Assembly: GCF_006345805.1 (NCBI RefSeq)
Contig: NC_042999.1
Location: forward strand, 86,924,001-86,988,000
Length of the DNA: 64,000 nucleotides
Source: Octopus sinensis
Taxonomy: Eukaryota
Reading direction: 5' to 3'
The translations under genes were made by a program, and so were the position numbers. Positions 1 to 13,833 of the stretch are shown one piece after another; the stretch's first letter is position 1; every line of letters starts with the position of its first letter. The notes under the pieces were generated by a model that worked only from the letters and a program-made list of their open reading frames with translations, was not told the DNA's origin and did no database searches.

Positions 1-722
1 ATGTTCATCTTTTTTCTTTCTTTTATGATAATATGTTGATCTCCCGGCACTGCCACGTCGATTATTAGGCACTCTTGTTTGTCCCTCCTAAAGGTTACTA
101 TATCTGGCCTTCGGTGCTCTAACACCTTATCTGTCTGGAAGTCAAAGACCGGAGGATTTTTGCTTTCCCCTTTTCGTCCCTTACCTTTCCGGGTGTATGT
201 TGGTACCAAGCACCCGTTACCTCATATCCATACTTCCGGCATAGTAGCCAGTGAATATTTTGCTACCTTGCGTGTCTGCGCTTGTACTTTTTCTGCACAA
301 ATCTTTCACAAATACTAACAATGTGAGTCACGCTTTTGACACTCTTCCCTTACATTCTGCAGAGGTTCGTTGCGCTTGTGTAGTATATATATCCCTTCTC
401 ACTGAGTTGGTATTCGATGCAGCGATGATTAGGCTTTCAGTCTCATTTTTTAGGTCACCCTTGCTGAGCCATTTCCATGATACTTCCTGGTCTTTTAATT
501 TGTTAGTTTTACGGTGGGACTGACCATGTAATTCCATACGGAGTAGGGTTTCTTCCCTCTCATTGGCTATTTGTGATCGGAATTCATAAGCATTCTCAAG
601 TCCATTTTTGGTAAATCATTCTGCACTAGCAACATACTGTAGCAGGTCTTTTTTGCTGTTTATCAAATATTCTGCAATGTTTCTTCTTCCACTGTTGATA
701 CACTCCCATACGCCAATCAGCC
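1..722 (-). mobile_element. Degenerate RLE-type (R4/Dong-like) non-LTR retrotransposon, 3' part, running off the window edge
   Basis: Manual minus-strand translation across stops and frameshifts gives GGRGLIG, LHGQ..WKWLSKGDLKNETESLIIAA (ORF 328..537), HWLLCRKYG and RRPDIV...CLIIDVAVPGD (RLE). The 5' end abuts (GAT)n/(AAT)n. Confidence 0.85.
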
Positions 723-734
723 CACGTCCACCTT

Positions 735-766
<32 letters not shown>

Positions 767-767
767 C

Positions 768-830
<63 letters not shown>
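735..830. repeat. (ATC)n followed by (TTA)n microsatellite between two LINEs
   Basis: Direct reading. Confidence 0.95.
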
Positions 831-834
<4 letters not shown>

Positions 835-839
835 ATTTC

Positions 840-2910
840 CTTTCATTATAACTTTATTTCGGCTGCCTTAGTATCTGGCATCCTCTGGAGACCAAGAGTA
901 GCAAGGGCACTTTTGTTTTGCTATGCATGCTAAAATTATTACCGTATTTATTCCATTTTAGATTTAGAGTACTGGCTGTATCCATCAAGGTTATTTTTGT
1001 AGTTCACAGAGATTGGAGTTACCAGGGAGTTGCTTAATATACTTCTCAGCTCCCTTCTTTATCTTTCCCAACATACCAATTACTATTGGTATCATTGTAG
1101 TACTAAGCTTCCACATTTTTGTGATTTCAATTTGCTGATCTTTATAGTGAGAAAGCATTTCGTATTCCTTTCTTGCGACATTTTGATCTTATGGTCAGAC
1201 ATATCTATTAACAGACAAGTTCCTCTGTTGTGGTCCTTGATTACAATGTCTGGTCGATTGGAGTCAATTTTCTGTCTCTTTGTATTGGGAAGTTCCAAAG
1301 GATGGTGACGTCCTCGGCATTTACTGCATCCTCTTGATGGTGCCTGTACCACATATCATGGGATTTAATTTTGTGGTATCTGCAAGCATTCCAGTGGATG
1401 TACTGCCCTAGTCAGTCATGTCTTATGAGGTACTCCTTTTCAGCGAGGACTGGGCAGCCAGAAACAACATTATCAATTGTCTGTGTGAATTTTCCGCAAA
1501 TTCTGCATGTGGGGTCAGATCCATCTTTAAGGACGTTTGCATGATAGTTTCTGGGAGGTAAGCTCTAATCTTGCGCTGCAATAACAAAACCTTCTGTTTC
1601 CCCTTTCAGACTTGTCCCTTGTAGCTATTGGTGTGTTAGATTTTGATCAATATCTCTTGGACAGGCGGTCAGGGTATTTTCCATGCAGGAATTTACCTTT
1701 CCAGTTGTCTTCGATATTATTCATGCAAGCCTCTCTTGCTTTTTGTGTGATGTTTCTTTGCATCAATGATAGGTTTGTCACTATTTGGATCTCTTTGGTC
1801 TTTCTGATTGTTCTAAATCAGGAGAAGCAATGGTCAGTCTCTTACTATTTAGGTACCTTTGGCCATACTTATTGTTAACTTGTAGGCCAAGAGACGTTTT
1901 AAGTTTCTGACTAAGTTTCATGACTGAAGCTTGCTTGGAATCTTCATGTCTCAGTGCAGTTCGTAAGAGAACATCACTTGTTGTATTAAGGTACGTTTCA
2001 AGGCTTACTATTGCTGACTTGAACGATTGTTTGAGCTGTATCAGGCCCCTTCTATCTATTTTTCTTGGGAGATATATCCTGTCTACATCGGATTTTGGAT
2101 GGTGTATTCGGTACCCTGTAAGGATCTTACGGATCTTTCCATCCATATTCTGCATCTCAGTGAGACTCCACTTAATGATACCAAATGATGTGGTTACTGC
2201 TATGGCCAAAGAATTGATCACATTAATTCTGTTAGCAGCATTAATTCTGAGTTTAGGACCATTCTTGCCCTTCAGTAGCATTCCTTGCGGATTTTCTGTT
2301 TCATTTTAGAGTGCTGGATACCATCATCTTCATTGGTTCCCAGATATTTGTATACTTCGGATTAGTCTAGGTTTTGAATAACCGTGGTAGTCTCAAGTTC
2401 TATGTCTTCTGTCTTTATGAACTTCCCTGCCTTGAAAGTTGCCTTTGCACATATATCAAGACCGAATTCCATACCTATATCAGAGATGAATTCTTTGACA
2501 ATATTCAAAAGCTCTTTGTCATTTTTGGCAAACAGTTTTAGATCATCCATATAGAGTAGATGATTAATTTTCTGGTCAGAGATCTTATATCCTGTCTTAG
2601 CATTATCCAGCTGCGTGGATAAAGAGAACAGAGCGAGGCAGAATAGTAATGGTGATAATGAGTCACCTTGAAAGATACCACAGGAGATACTGGTGTCTGG
2701 TGAGGTGGTATATCCTTGCGGTTTAAAATGTAGGTGGTTCTCCACGAATTCATGATTACTTTAAAAAAGTTCACAATTGTTGGAGCTATCTTGTAAATTT
2801 CCAGGGCCTTGATGATCCATGCATGGGGGACACTGTCAAAAGCCTTCTTGTAATATATCCAAGCGATGCTAAGGTTCTGCGTTTGAAATTGCAAATTTCA
2901 ATGACCATTC
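840..2910 (-). mobile_element. 5'-truncated, frameshifted R4/Dong-like LINE (lineage B)
   Basis: Broken ORFs 2538..2894 (YKKAFDSVPH), 2362..2745 (GIFQGDSLSPLLF, HLLYMDDLKLFA), 1781..2281 (HHPKSDVDRIYLPR..RGLIQL) and 1092..1352 (RPDIVIKD..CLLIDMS). Flanked by (TTA)n on both sides. Confidence 0.92.
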
Positions 2911-2919
2911 ACCTTCTTC

Positions 2920-3034
<115 letters not shown>

Positions 3035-3245
3035 GGCGGCGAGCTGGCAGAATCGTTAGCAGGCTAGGCGAAATGCTTAGCAGTATTTCGTCCGCCTGTA
3101 CGATCTGAGTTCAAATTTCACGAGGTCGACTTTGTCTTTTATTCTTTCGAGGTCGATAAATTAAGTACCAATGAAACACTGGGGTCGATGTAATCGAGTA
3201 GTCCCCTCCCCCAAATTTCAGGCCTTGTACCTCCAGTAGAAAGGG
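3035..3245 (+). mobile_element. tRNA-derived SINE, family S1, with (ATT)n tail
   Basis: GGCGAGCTGGCAGAATCGTTAGC (A-box-like) and GAGTTCAAAT (B-box-like). The body recurs more than 10 times in the window. Confidence 0.85.
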
Positions 3246-3324
3246 TTATTATTATTATTATTATTATTATATTATTATTATTATTATTATTATTATATTA
3301 TTATTATTATTATTATTATTGATT

Positions 3325-4124
3325 GAGAGAGAGAGCAGCTCATGCCATCAAAGTGACACTGGGGTACAAATATACGAAGCCCAGTATACCCATCATGACT
3401 ACCCGTCTGATACCTATTTCTTTATTACCCACAAGGGGCTAAACACAGAGGGGACAAACAAGGACATACATAGGTATTAAGTCGATTACATTGACCCCAG
3501 TGCGTAACTGTACTTATTTAATCGACCCCGAAAGGATGAAAGGCAAAGTCGACCTTGGCAGGATTTGAACTCAGAACGTAACGCAGACACAATACCGCTA
3601 AGCATTTCGCCCGGCGTGCTAACGTTTCTACCAGCTCGCTGCCTTATACCGTCTGATACCGGTACACCATGCACATGCATCACAACCACATGCGCGCGAT
3701 ATGGCGATCTTATATCAAGATAAACAGCGCATAACCTTGCAGGTAGGGACCAGTTGGAATTTTGTTCGGGTTGAATAGCCCATCTCGCTTAAAGGGTCCC
3801 TAAATAAAGTTTGCTTAAGGACGTTGGACGAAACACTCATGTTTCCGGAGGTGAATTATTCAAACCCCAAAGAATTCCCCTCCACACATGGCTAGGATGC
3901 TCCCCCACTACTTCTGCTCGTGATCAACGATACTTATATCATCAGCTACCAAGGGACATGCTCAACTGGTTAAAGGTCAAACACCTGACAAGCAAATCTC
4001 TGGTATTGAGCAGAATAATTACTGAAGCTCATCTTTTATATCAAGACAAAATAATGTACATGATAACATTGCCAATCAATTAAGATCAAGCCATGAGATC
4101 CACTGGCTGGTATTGCACCAGGAC

Positions 4125-4125
<1 letters not shown>
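3325..4125 (-). mobile_element. Non-coding (AAT)n-tailed interspersed element T, interrupted by an S1 SINE
   Basis: Colinear reverse match to 60700..61249; ends ...CTCTCTC followed by AAT repeats. Confidence 0.8.
3415..3648 (-). mobile_element. S1 SINE (alternative 3' tail) nested in element T with a 12-bp TSD
   Basis: CCGTCTGATACC at 3403..3414 and 3649..3660 flanks the insert. Confidence 0.88.
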
Positions 4126-4173
<48 letters not shown>

Positions 4174-4176
4174 GTT

Positions 4177-4248
<72 letters not shown>

Positions 4249-4251
<3 letters not shown>

Positions 4252-5745
4252 TAGTTTTATTTTTATAGCGTGCTTTCACTTCACTACCGAGCGCAGCTCT
4301 GTGTGCCTTGGGTATGTGCTGTGATTTGTTGTGATGCTCTGATGGTTATTGTATGGAAAGTGTTCTGCGTAGGATGTGTGCAGTGCCTAGTAGTGCAATT
4401 TTCTGTATGTTATATGTGTTTGTAAGTCCTGGTGATTTTGTTATGTATTTGTCTGAATATTTTTTTATCATGCCTAATGCACCTACTATGATAGCAATTG
4501 TTTCTGTTTTCAGATTCCACATTCTAGTTACCTCTATTTCCAGGTCTTTGTATTTTGAGAGTTTCTCCATTTCTTTTAGAGACACGTTGTCATCAGCCGG
4601 TATTGATACATCAATTAGAAAGCATTTTTTTTCTTCATGGTCTCTGACAACTATATCTGGTCTGTTGGCCTTAATTTCTCTATCTGTGTGTATCGGCATA
4701 TCCCAGAGTATGGTTGCTTTCTCGTTTTCTGTGACCTTTTCTGGTGTGTGCCTATACCATCTTTTTTCTGTGTTATTCCATAATGTTGGCATAGCTTCCA
4801 ATGTATGTAGGTTCCAACTCTGTCATGTCTGTGAATATATTCCTTCTTAGCCAGGACTGGGCAGCTAGAGATAATATGATTTATTGTTTCTTGTCCATCT
4901 CCACATATTCTGCAGTTACTTGTAATATTTCTTTTCATTACATGTTTTTGGTAATTTCTGGTGGGGAGGCTTTGGTCTTGTGCTGCAATTAAAAATCCCT
5001 CTGTTTCTGCTTTGAGTCCTGAGCTTCTCAACCATTGCTGGGATTTTTCTTTGTCTATTTCTTTTGCGTTTAGTTTAGTCCAGTATTTACCATGAAGGGG
5101 CTTTTCTTGCCATCGTTTTATCATGGTTCGTTGCTGTTCTATTTTTAGTTTGGATTTCATTTGTTTTATAGCTTTTGTTGTTTCTTCATCTTCTTCTTCT
5201 TCTTCATGTTTATTAGGTGGTATGATTTCTTGTTTGTATTTGTCAACTTCCTTAAATACTGAGAACAGTTTTTTGTTTTGCTCGTGTTTTGCCGCTATCT
5301 GGATCAGTTTTCCTTCTTTCTGAAGTAGATATTTTTGCAGTCCTATGGTGGTTATTTTATAGTAGTTTTCCAGCTGTATAAGGCCTCTACCACCTTCTAT
5401 ACGTTGTATATATAGTCTTTCTATGTCAGATTTTGGGTGATGCATCCTAGATCCTGTCATTATTTTTCTTGTTTTCCTATCTATTTTGGTCAGTTCATTT
5501 CGTGTCCAGTTAAGGATATTGTAGCTGTAACTTATAACTGGGACAGCTAAAGTGTTGATACCTATTATCTTGCTTTTAGCATTGAGCTCTGTGTTTAGTA
5601 TTGATCTAACTCGTCTATAATATTCTTTTTTTATTTTCTCTTTCATTTGTGTGTGTTGTGTCTTATCTAGTTCATGGATTCCTAAGTATTTGTAAGTTTG
5701 GCTTTGGTCTAATTCTTTTATTTCATTGGTTTTATCTAGTGTGAT
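4249..5745 (-). mobile_element. R4/Dong-like LINE family A, copy 1 (5'-truncated, about 1.5 kb)
   Basis: ORFs 4651..5874 and 4346..4801 contain HPKSDIERLY..GGRGL, CRICGDGQETINHIISSC (CCHC) and RPDIVV..FLIDVSIP (RLE). The 3' end AAAACTACTG joins (AAT)n, and the 5' end also lies in (AAT)n. Confidence 0.96.
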
Positions 5746-5769
5746 TATTATTATTATTATTATTATTGC

Positions 5770-5821
<52 letters not shown>

Positions 5822-6218
5822 GCGAAAACCGACGCGCTTTCATTATAGAGGATAATTGGTGGAACAAATTGCATACATCAAAAGCTAGATACCGTTGTTT
5901 GGACAGGCAAGAGAAAGTATGTCTGTTGCCCTGGTGATGTGAATATCCCTTCGAAAATCAGAGGACGAGAATAATTACGGAAAACTGCTTCGAAACTCCT
6001 TGCTTTTATAACTCAGATTTTGAATTCAAATTTATACCAAAATACTTTATTTTTGCTTTTGTGAGTAGATGCCTAAGTGGCAATATGGAATAGCTATTGC
6101 TTTTAGAAAAAGAAATCAACAGTTAGCATGCAGATTACAAAAACAATATGTAAGTCGAACGGTAAAAATATGCAAGACATTTCTCAAGTTAAAATTGTGA
6201 ATTTGCTTTTGTTATTTA

Positions 6219-7433
6219 TCAGGTCATCCCATAAATAATGTCCTCCAAAATATCATATATGTAATTTCTATCAAATTTTACAGTATTCTCAAATATCAAA
6301 AGGTATTGATTAATACTCATATGAATTTAGAAACCTTTAACTTAATATAATTTCTTTTTACGGAATAAACAGAATGAATTAGTTACTAATATCAATCCCT
6401 CAAAGGTGGATGTATCGAAGGAGCATTTAAGGCACATAATGCTTTGAGTTCAAAAAGGGAAACAGTGCAGCAGAAGCAACCTGAAATATCCATTCTCTTT
6501 ATGGAGAGGTGTGTTTGAATGAAAGAAGTTGCAGAAGATGGTTTTCAAAGTTCAAATGTGGTGATTTCAGCCTAAGATAGAATTTGATGATGATCTTCTT
6601 TTGTCAGAGATTGCGAAAGATAATACTGTGTCAGTTGAAGAATTGGCAAGCAAGCTCAATTCAAGCCGTTCACCAGTTCACTGTCATTTTCAACAGCTTG
6701 GAAGGGTACCCAAACTCGGGAAATAAGTTCCCCGAAAATCCTGAGTGGATATCTGTTCATCTCTTTACTGTCGTGAACTCGCCATTTTTGAACTGATAAC
6801 AGACTGCTGATGAAAAATGGATTTTTTAATGAAAATGTTAAGAATCGCACTCAGTGGCTTAGTTGTAGAGAACAGACTAAATCACAACTTCCAAAAGAAC
6901 CTCCATGCAAAAAAGATTCTTCTTTCTGTTTGGTGGGATTGCATTAGAGTCTTCCACTTTGAACTGCTACCAACTAATGCAACAATTTCTGCTCACACCT
7001 ATTGCCAACAAATAGAGCGTTTGGATGCTGCTTTGAAGAAAAAAAATGACTACTTTGGTGAATCGTAAGGAATGGTGTTTCTTCATGATAAAGCAAGAAC
7101 ACATACTACAAAGATTATTTCAGAAAAAATTGAAGAACTTGACTAGGAAAAAATCTTTTACCCGCCTTATTCCCTGGACCTTGCTCCTTCTGATTACCAT
7201 TTGTTTCGAAGCTTACAGAATCATTTAGATGGATTAGTTGCTCAAAAGCTCATCAAAACCAAAAGACTTTTTCACCAATGGAATTAAAAAAACTGATAAA
7301 TAAGAAATCATCGATAATGGTGGGAATTATATTAAATTTTTTTAAATTAGACCACTGGACCGAAGTATTTTTTTAAATTAGACCACAGTTTTTCCTTACC
7401 TAAAATTCGGGCATAACTTATAAGATGACCTGA
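6219..7433 (+). mobile_element. Full-length but decayed mariner element (1215 bp)
   Basis: Imperfect TIRs TCAGGTCATCCCATAAATAATG and revcomp TCAGGTCATCTTATAAGTTATG, with TA at 6217-6218 and 7434-7435. Transposase remnants: DEKW, LHAKKILLSVWWD..FELLP, and a YSLDLAPSDYHLFRSLQNHL motif. Confidence 0.92.
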
Positions 7434-7522
7434 TACACTCCAACGATCTGGCTTTGTATCATTGTTAGGGACCAGCTCCTTCTTCAGTGGAAGATTTCAA
7501 ATACATAAAAATAGAAGAGAAC

Positions 7523-7592
7523 ATACATACATACATACATACATACATACATACATACATACATACATACATACATACATACATACATACAT
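7523..7592. repeat. (ACAT)n microsatellite
   Basis: Direct reading. Confidence 0.95.
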
Positions 7593-9615
7593 TTACTTTC
7601 AGTAACTGTTGCCAGAGAAGGTAACGCACTTCAATATTAATGCGATCTGTATCTGATATTCCGAATATCTAACGGTATTTCTTTCGAGTCTTTACTCAGA
7701 TGAGTTCTAATTTCTTTGAGGTTGACTCTGCCTTTCATCTTTTCTGAATCGATAAAATAAATACCAGTTGAGTAATCGTCTCACCCTTCCCCCTAAAATT
7801 GTTGGCCTAGTGCCAAAATTTGAAACAGTATTTGGAACGTCTCTATGCCTTTTTATTTGAATTATTATTCAAATTCTTAGTATACACACGGCTTAAAGAA
7901 ATATATTTGAATGTAAAAATAGAGTACTTAAAGATAATTAGCTATCAAAAGCAATATTGAAGAGCGATCAAAAGTAATATTGAAGAGTACGTAATATAGG
8001 TCCAGGTGTTCATCTGTACGTTCTCCCTTTATTCAAGTCTCCTACTCTTTTATATCTTTCACATACCACTCAAAAGCAGTCGCATCATATTGAAACAACT
8101 GCCTGGCAAGCAGTTGTTGATGTTTAACTCTAGCGTAATCCACATTGAACAGATACGATCCTAGGTTTTCTAACAGTGATAGTCTATTTTGTTTTGTTTT
8201 TCTAGAACTGAATTCAAAAAACTAAAAGAGACACTGTACTGCGTGTCTTTTAACTTTTTAAAGACAGTAGGCAATGATTTGAGAAACATTTGGCCGCTGT
8301 TTCTACCAGATCTAGCAACTCCTTCGTTACTTGCATTAGTTAACAATTACACTTTTGTCATGCAAGCATTTCCTGTTTATATTTAGTGACTATATGAGGA
8401 AATACATGAATCTAGTTTAGATACTCAGTCAGTTATTCCTGCACCAGTCGTCCAAGAGTCTAATATTTTACTCTGAATTTTGATAGTTACATAAATGAAA
8501 GCAAATTATTGTGTGCTTACCTGAATTACTATAACATAAAATCTTCTGTCATGAACCCTCGTACGCGTAAACTTGGAGTTTAATCCAGTTTACATGGCGC
8601 ATAAAAGACTGAAATTGCAACGCTGAAATTGTCCTGAACTGAACACCTGTCCGTCGAAGCGTATAACATAAAATACAACATAAAATACATGGGGGATTAA
8701 GTCGCTCCTTGCCATGATCGGATTACTTAGATTGTAGATAGAAACGTTCGCGAGACAGTTTTAGCAGTCAGTGTATATTCAATATTGAGAAAACTACATT
8801 ATACTTTACCGAAATGGAGCAAATAAAATTATATCAATCACTTAAAGAAAACAATTCAAGGTTGCAGTTTCTATGTGGTTGCTCAACTTTCTGGACACTG
8901 CGACCAAATCTCCTTCAGACCAAACCCGATCGTCTTAAGTACATATCAAATATCAATGCAGTCCAGTTTTACATGTTCCACACATATCACCATTACTCTT
9001 CCAAAACAAGAATTAGCGTTTCCCAGTCACCGTCACCGCCACCACAACTGAAACCTCTACGAGACATCATCTACAAACAATCTAGTTAATTCTTTCCCAG
9101 TCAGTACATTTCAGTATATAAAAAAATATTACTGAACTGATTTAATACATGAGATGTCTCTCAACGACCATTAACTTGCACTAGTTTTATATGACAAGAT
9201 AGTCATAGAATCATGGTTACAATGTCTTTCATCAAAAGTTCATTCCACCAGGAGTGGCCCTGGTATAAGCCACAAGAACAATAATGACAACAACGAATAA
9301 TATGAACGTTTTAAGGGGGCTACAGCCTGGGACAGAAATACCTTCCCTTTGATCTGGACATCAGAGTTGATGGATAAGGTATGCAGCTGACTGAGAATGA
9401 CATCTACTATTGTGAGAAGAGAATTAAAAGTGATTATGAAACAAATATGACCCATGATTAGCCGTATATCATCCCATTCTATTATCGAGCTGGAAATAAA
9501 CGATGATAAAAGGTCACTGACTTGATATGGCCACTGACATTCAAAGGAGATGCAGACAATATTAGAGATCGAGAAAAGTTCTTCTTTTACTTTTTTGTTT
9601 GAAGTCTGTAAACTG

Positions 9616-9617
<2 letters not shown>

Positions 9618-9657
<40 letters not shown>

Positions 9658-9694
9658 GTGTGTGTGCATGTATGTATGTATGTATGTATGTATG

Positions 9695-9728
<34 letters not shown>

Positions 9729-9743
9729 TGTATGTATGTATGT

Positions 9744-9800
<57 letters not shown>
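9618..9800. repeat. Compound (TA)n/(TG)n/(TATG)n/(TAGA)n microsatellite
   Basis: Direct reading. Confidence 0.95.
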
Positions 9801-9801
<1 letters not shown>

Positions 9802-9889
9802 GTGAAAAAGAGAAAAATTTAGTATTGAATATATGGAGATGAATAATTGTTGGTTTAAAAAAGACTTATGCAAATGTATGTGTGTACAC

Positions 9890-9938
<49 letters not shown>

Positions 9939-11194
9939 ATACTATCAAGGAAAAAATGGCAGCTCATGTGATAATGTTCGTAATGAATTGAACTTACAAA
10001 AATACAGGACAAGAAGAAGCTAAAAAATGTTGCCGCTGAAGTTGGAATTGAAAATTAAAAAAAGAAATTATCGTTTTCGTTTCGTTCCGATATTATCTTG
10101 TACCCCTCTTTTTTAAGATTCTAACTCTTCCATTTTGGAATTATATTTACAGAACTTACATTTATCTATTCTCTACTCGACTACCCGTGACCTGTTGGGT
10201 CACTGACTGTTCAGGTTATAAAACACTGGAGCTGGTTTCAACATTGCATTGAAATGAAAGTTAATTTTATGATGATTCTGTTAAATGCTTCAATTCGTTC
10301 GTGTCATCATAGGTCTGGTTTACAAGTTCATGTTTAAGGTTTTATTGATTATTTACAGCATCTAATGGAAATAGAACTTCCGGGATAAACTTGAACTCTC
10401 GTAACAGCATTTATTTACGGCATATATGCACACTTCTACAAAAATACAAAAGGAATTGTTATATACGTAAAGGCAAAATTAATGGAAACAATTTTCACAG
10501 TATTATATATATTCCCATTTCAGGGTTATGTTACTTTCGGAGTATTTTTCCCATTATGCGCCGTTTTGGCTATTTCTGAAGGTACCCCCCCCCAAAAAAA
10601 AAACGCGTATCTCGGGAATCCGTGTCTGATTTACGCAAAACTTGTTTTATTCCGTTTGTATTCACATTTCAGGGATCCTTACTTTCAGAGTATTTTTCCC
10701 ATTACGCGTCGGTTTGACTACATTAAACAACAGACAAGCACGCACGCAAGCAAGCACACAAGCAAACAATAAGAGTTTTAGCAATATAGAAATACAATAC
10801 AATATGATGGATGATGGAAGAGTTTAAGCACTCTTTCATGATGGGGATTTACCCTGCCATTCAAAGTTCTAAAATCTTCAGCTATCTTCCATATTTTTCC
10901 AATCATGGCAAGGTTGACATTTAGACATACAGAAATAGGTGTTCATCTAGTAAAGAAGGATGACTAGGATTTACTTTAACTTGAGTTGTCGGCTTATAAA
11001 TAGTGAGAGATGGTTTATTGGTACTGGTGGGAGTAAGCTACCTTTCCTCACACTAAAATATATAGAAAATTTATTCCCAGAAAGCAAAAAAAGATTCGGA
11101 ATTTATATCTGTAATGTTTTGTAAATTCAATTCGCTGAAGCTCTTGATACTCCAAAATTACCTTTAATAATCATGACTTTTGTAATGCGTCAAG

Positions 11195-11580
11195 CAGAAT
11201 TGTTACAGCACCTGGAAAAATGCTTAGCGGTATTTCGTCCGTCTTTATGTTCTGAGTTCAAATTCCGCCGAGATCGACTTTGCCTTTCATCCTTTCGGGG
11301 TCAATTAAATAAGTACCAGTTACGCACTGGGGTCGATGTATTCGACTTAATCCGTTTGTCTGTCCTTGCTTGTCCTCTCTGTGTTTGGTCCCTTGTCGGT
11401 AGTAAAGAAATAGGTATTTCGTCCGTCTTTATGTTCTGAGTTCAAATTCTACCGAGGTTGACTTTACCTTTCAGGGTCGATAAAATAAGTACCAGCTGAG
11501 CAATGGGGTCGATGTAATCGACTTACATCTTTTTACAGAAACTGCTGGCCTTGTGCCAAAGTTTGAACCAATATTCATGA
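11195..11580 (+). mobile_element. Two tandem S1 SINEs with different 3' tails
   Basis: Two successive GAGTTCAAATT...GGGGTCGATGTA bodies; the first tail matches the 3415..3648 copy. Confidence 0.85.
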
Positions 11581-12095
11581 CTTCTAGAAAGTTTGATCAA
11601 CAAAATTCCCTTTCCCAAAATGCACAAAATTTTATTCATCTTCCACAGTCTCACATGAGAAGATGATACGAGGTATAGAAAATATCCCTTCAAAATTACC
11701 CACATTGCCAACATGCTATAAACGCCATTCTCTACATTTTTCCCGTTCTCATCCTAAAAAAGACTTATTGTTTATTCTCAAATTCCTAATTCAGCTGCAA
11801 TATTTTAAAGCTTCTACTTCGTGTCCTATACTTTTCTAGGTCAACTAATTAAGAGAGTATCACTTCTGTGCCTGCATACTTTCTGTTAGTTCACTTTTTT
11901 TTTTTTTTACATGCAACGCTTTTTACAGATGAAAGGTAATTGTTAAAGTTGATTCCGAGATCAACTTTACTTTTCCTCACTCCAGGAGCGATAAAATAAT
12001 TACCACAAACTTCACATACAAAACGAAGTGGTTGTGCTAAGGCTAGAAATCATACTTCAAATACTACTACTATTACTACTACTACTACTACTATA

Positions 12096-12440
12096 GGCTC
12101 ATGGTTCAGTGGTTAGAGCGTCGAGCTTACGATTGTAAGGTTGTGAGCTCGATTCCCGGACCGAGTTGCGTGTTGTGTTCTTGAGTATGACACTATTTCA
12201 TTCGGCTGTAGACATGAGTTGCGACGTCACTGGTGCCAAGCTGTATCAGCCTTTGCCTTTCCCTTAGATAACATCAGCGGCGTGGAGAAGGGAGGCTGGT
12301 GGGCATAAAAACTGCTGGTCTTCCTTAAAGACAGCTCTTGGTTGTGCGTTCGCCAGTGAGGCGACTTTCCGCCCAGACTTGTACACCGGAGGGGAACCTC
12401 TTAGGTGCACCCATGGTCATTCGTGACCGACGGAGTCGTT
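12096..12440 (+). mobile_element. tRNA-derived SINE family S3 (CORE-like motif)
   Basis: A-box TGGTTCAGTGG, B-box-like GCTCGATTCCC, then TGTGTTCTTGAGTATGACACT resembling the CORE TGTGACCTTGGGCAAGTCACT. Relatives at 37792 and 49000. Confidence 0.7.
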
Positions 12441-12681
12441 TTCTTTTCTTTCATTACTACTACATATGTGTGTATATGTGAGTATGTATGTGTGCAATTT
12501 GTACCTCAAACTATGTAACTAATAAACAAATGTTAAAACTCCATCTATATTTCCATTCATGTATTGTAATTGTATCCATTCTTATGATATCCAGGTTTGA
12601 GTGTTACAGGTTAGAAACCGGCTCTTCCTTTATTGGCAAGAAATCTTGAAATAAAACTGAACAATCACAGACACAGACACA

Positions 12682-12749
<68 letters not shown>

Positions 12750-12766
12750 TACATATATATATATAA

Positions 12767-12950
12767 AGGCGAGCTGGCTGAGTCTTTAACTCGCCGGACA
12801 AAATACTTAGCATTTCTTCAAGCGATGCGTCTGAGTTCAAATTCCACCGAGGACGACTTTACCTTTTGGTATTTCAAGGACGGTAAAATCGGTTGATACA
12901 GGGCTCGTCATAATCGACTTGGTCCTCCCCTAAAATGCTAGCCTTTAGCT
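12767..12950 (+). mobile_element. S1 SINE, diverged
   Basis: GGCGAGCTGGC...GAGTTCAAATTCCACCGAGG body. Confidence 0.75.
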
Positions 12951-13800
12951 ATATCAGAAAATATAAATATGCGCGTGCTCGTATGTTATTAGAAAGATAG
13001 ATAAATGATAACAAGCAAAAGGAATATAATTATATGAATAGTTTGTTGCACGTACCTATCAAATAGGTGCTGGCTGATTCTCTACTTTGCTTTTAAGTAT
13101 ACCAACAACATTGCCTCAGTATTGCATCTGCTGGCATGATATGCATTGCTATATCAACAAGACACCGGTCATTCGAAACAGCTGTAAAAATAAAACTTGA
13201 TTTCATCATGTAATCTACATGCATAACTTTTCTTGTAAATGCATTCCTTCCACCTATTATTGTTTGTCTGTCTTTCAACCTCCATAGCAGTTCGATTTCA
13301 ATCGTTCTTCTATCCGACTTTTCCACCTGTGAACTACCTTATACCGCTGGAGATGTAGTTAAAGAATCTGGTCTCTCTGAGCACTGCTTGGTGATTATCT
13401 ATCTATATCACACTTTAACTCGCATTTTATTGCCCATTATTTGTGTGTGCGTATATGTGTGAATGTTTGTGTGTGTATGTGTGAATGTGTGTGTGTGTGA
13501 GTGTGTGTTTACGCATGAGTGTATGCCCATACTATTTCGTAATACGTTTCACCCGGCCTCAAAGCATATTGTATTTTTCAACACACTACATCTACAACAA
13601 ACCTCGTCCTCCACTAACATTTCCATATAGTCAATGCCATCGACTCTTCTATGCAAGGATTGGTCTACAAACTCATCAGCGCCATCACCATAAAAGAAGC
13701 GTTCAGCAAAGAAGAAACTAAATTCCCGGATTCGAGATAAAGCCGATGACGATACATACATACATACATACATACATACATACATACATACATACATACA

Positions 13801-13833
<33 letters not shown>

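Noticed and set aside
12096-12175. tRNA-like sequences (also near 14108, 37792 and 45100)
   Set aside because: A/B boxes run into repeat bodies present in several copies and no full cloverleaf is evident, so they are SINE heads rather than tRNA genes
13238-13358. 39-codon ORF MHSFHLLLFVCLSTSIAVRF... resembling a signal peptide
   Set aside because: Too short, with no splice or homology support; hydrophobic runs are common in T-rich DNA
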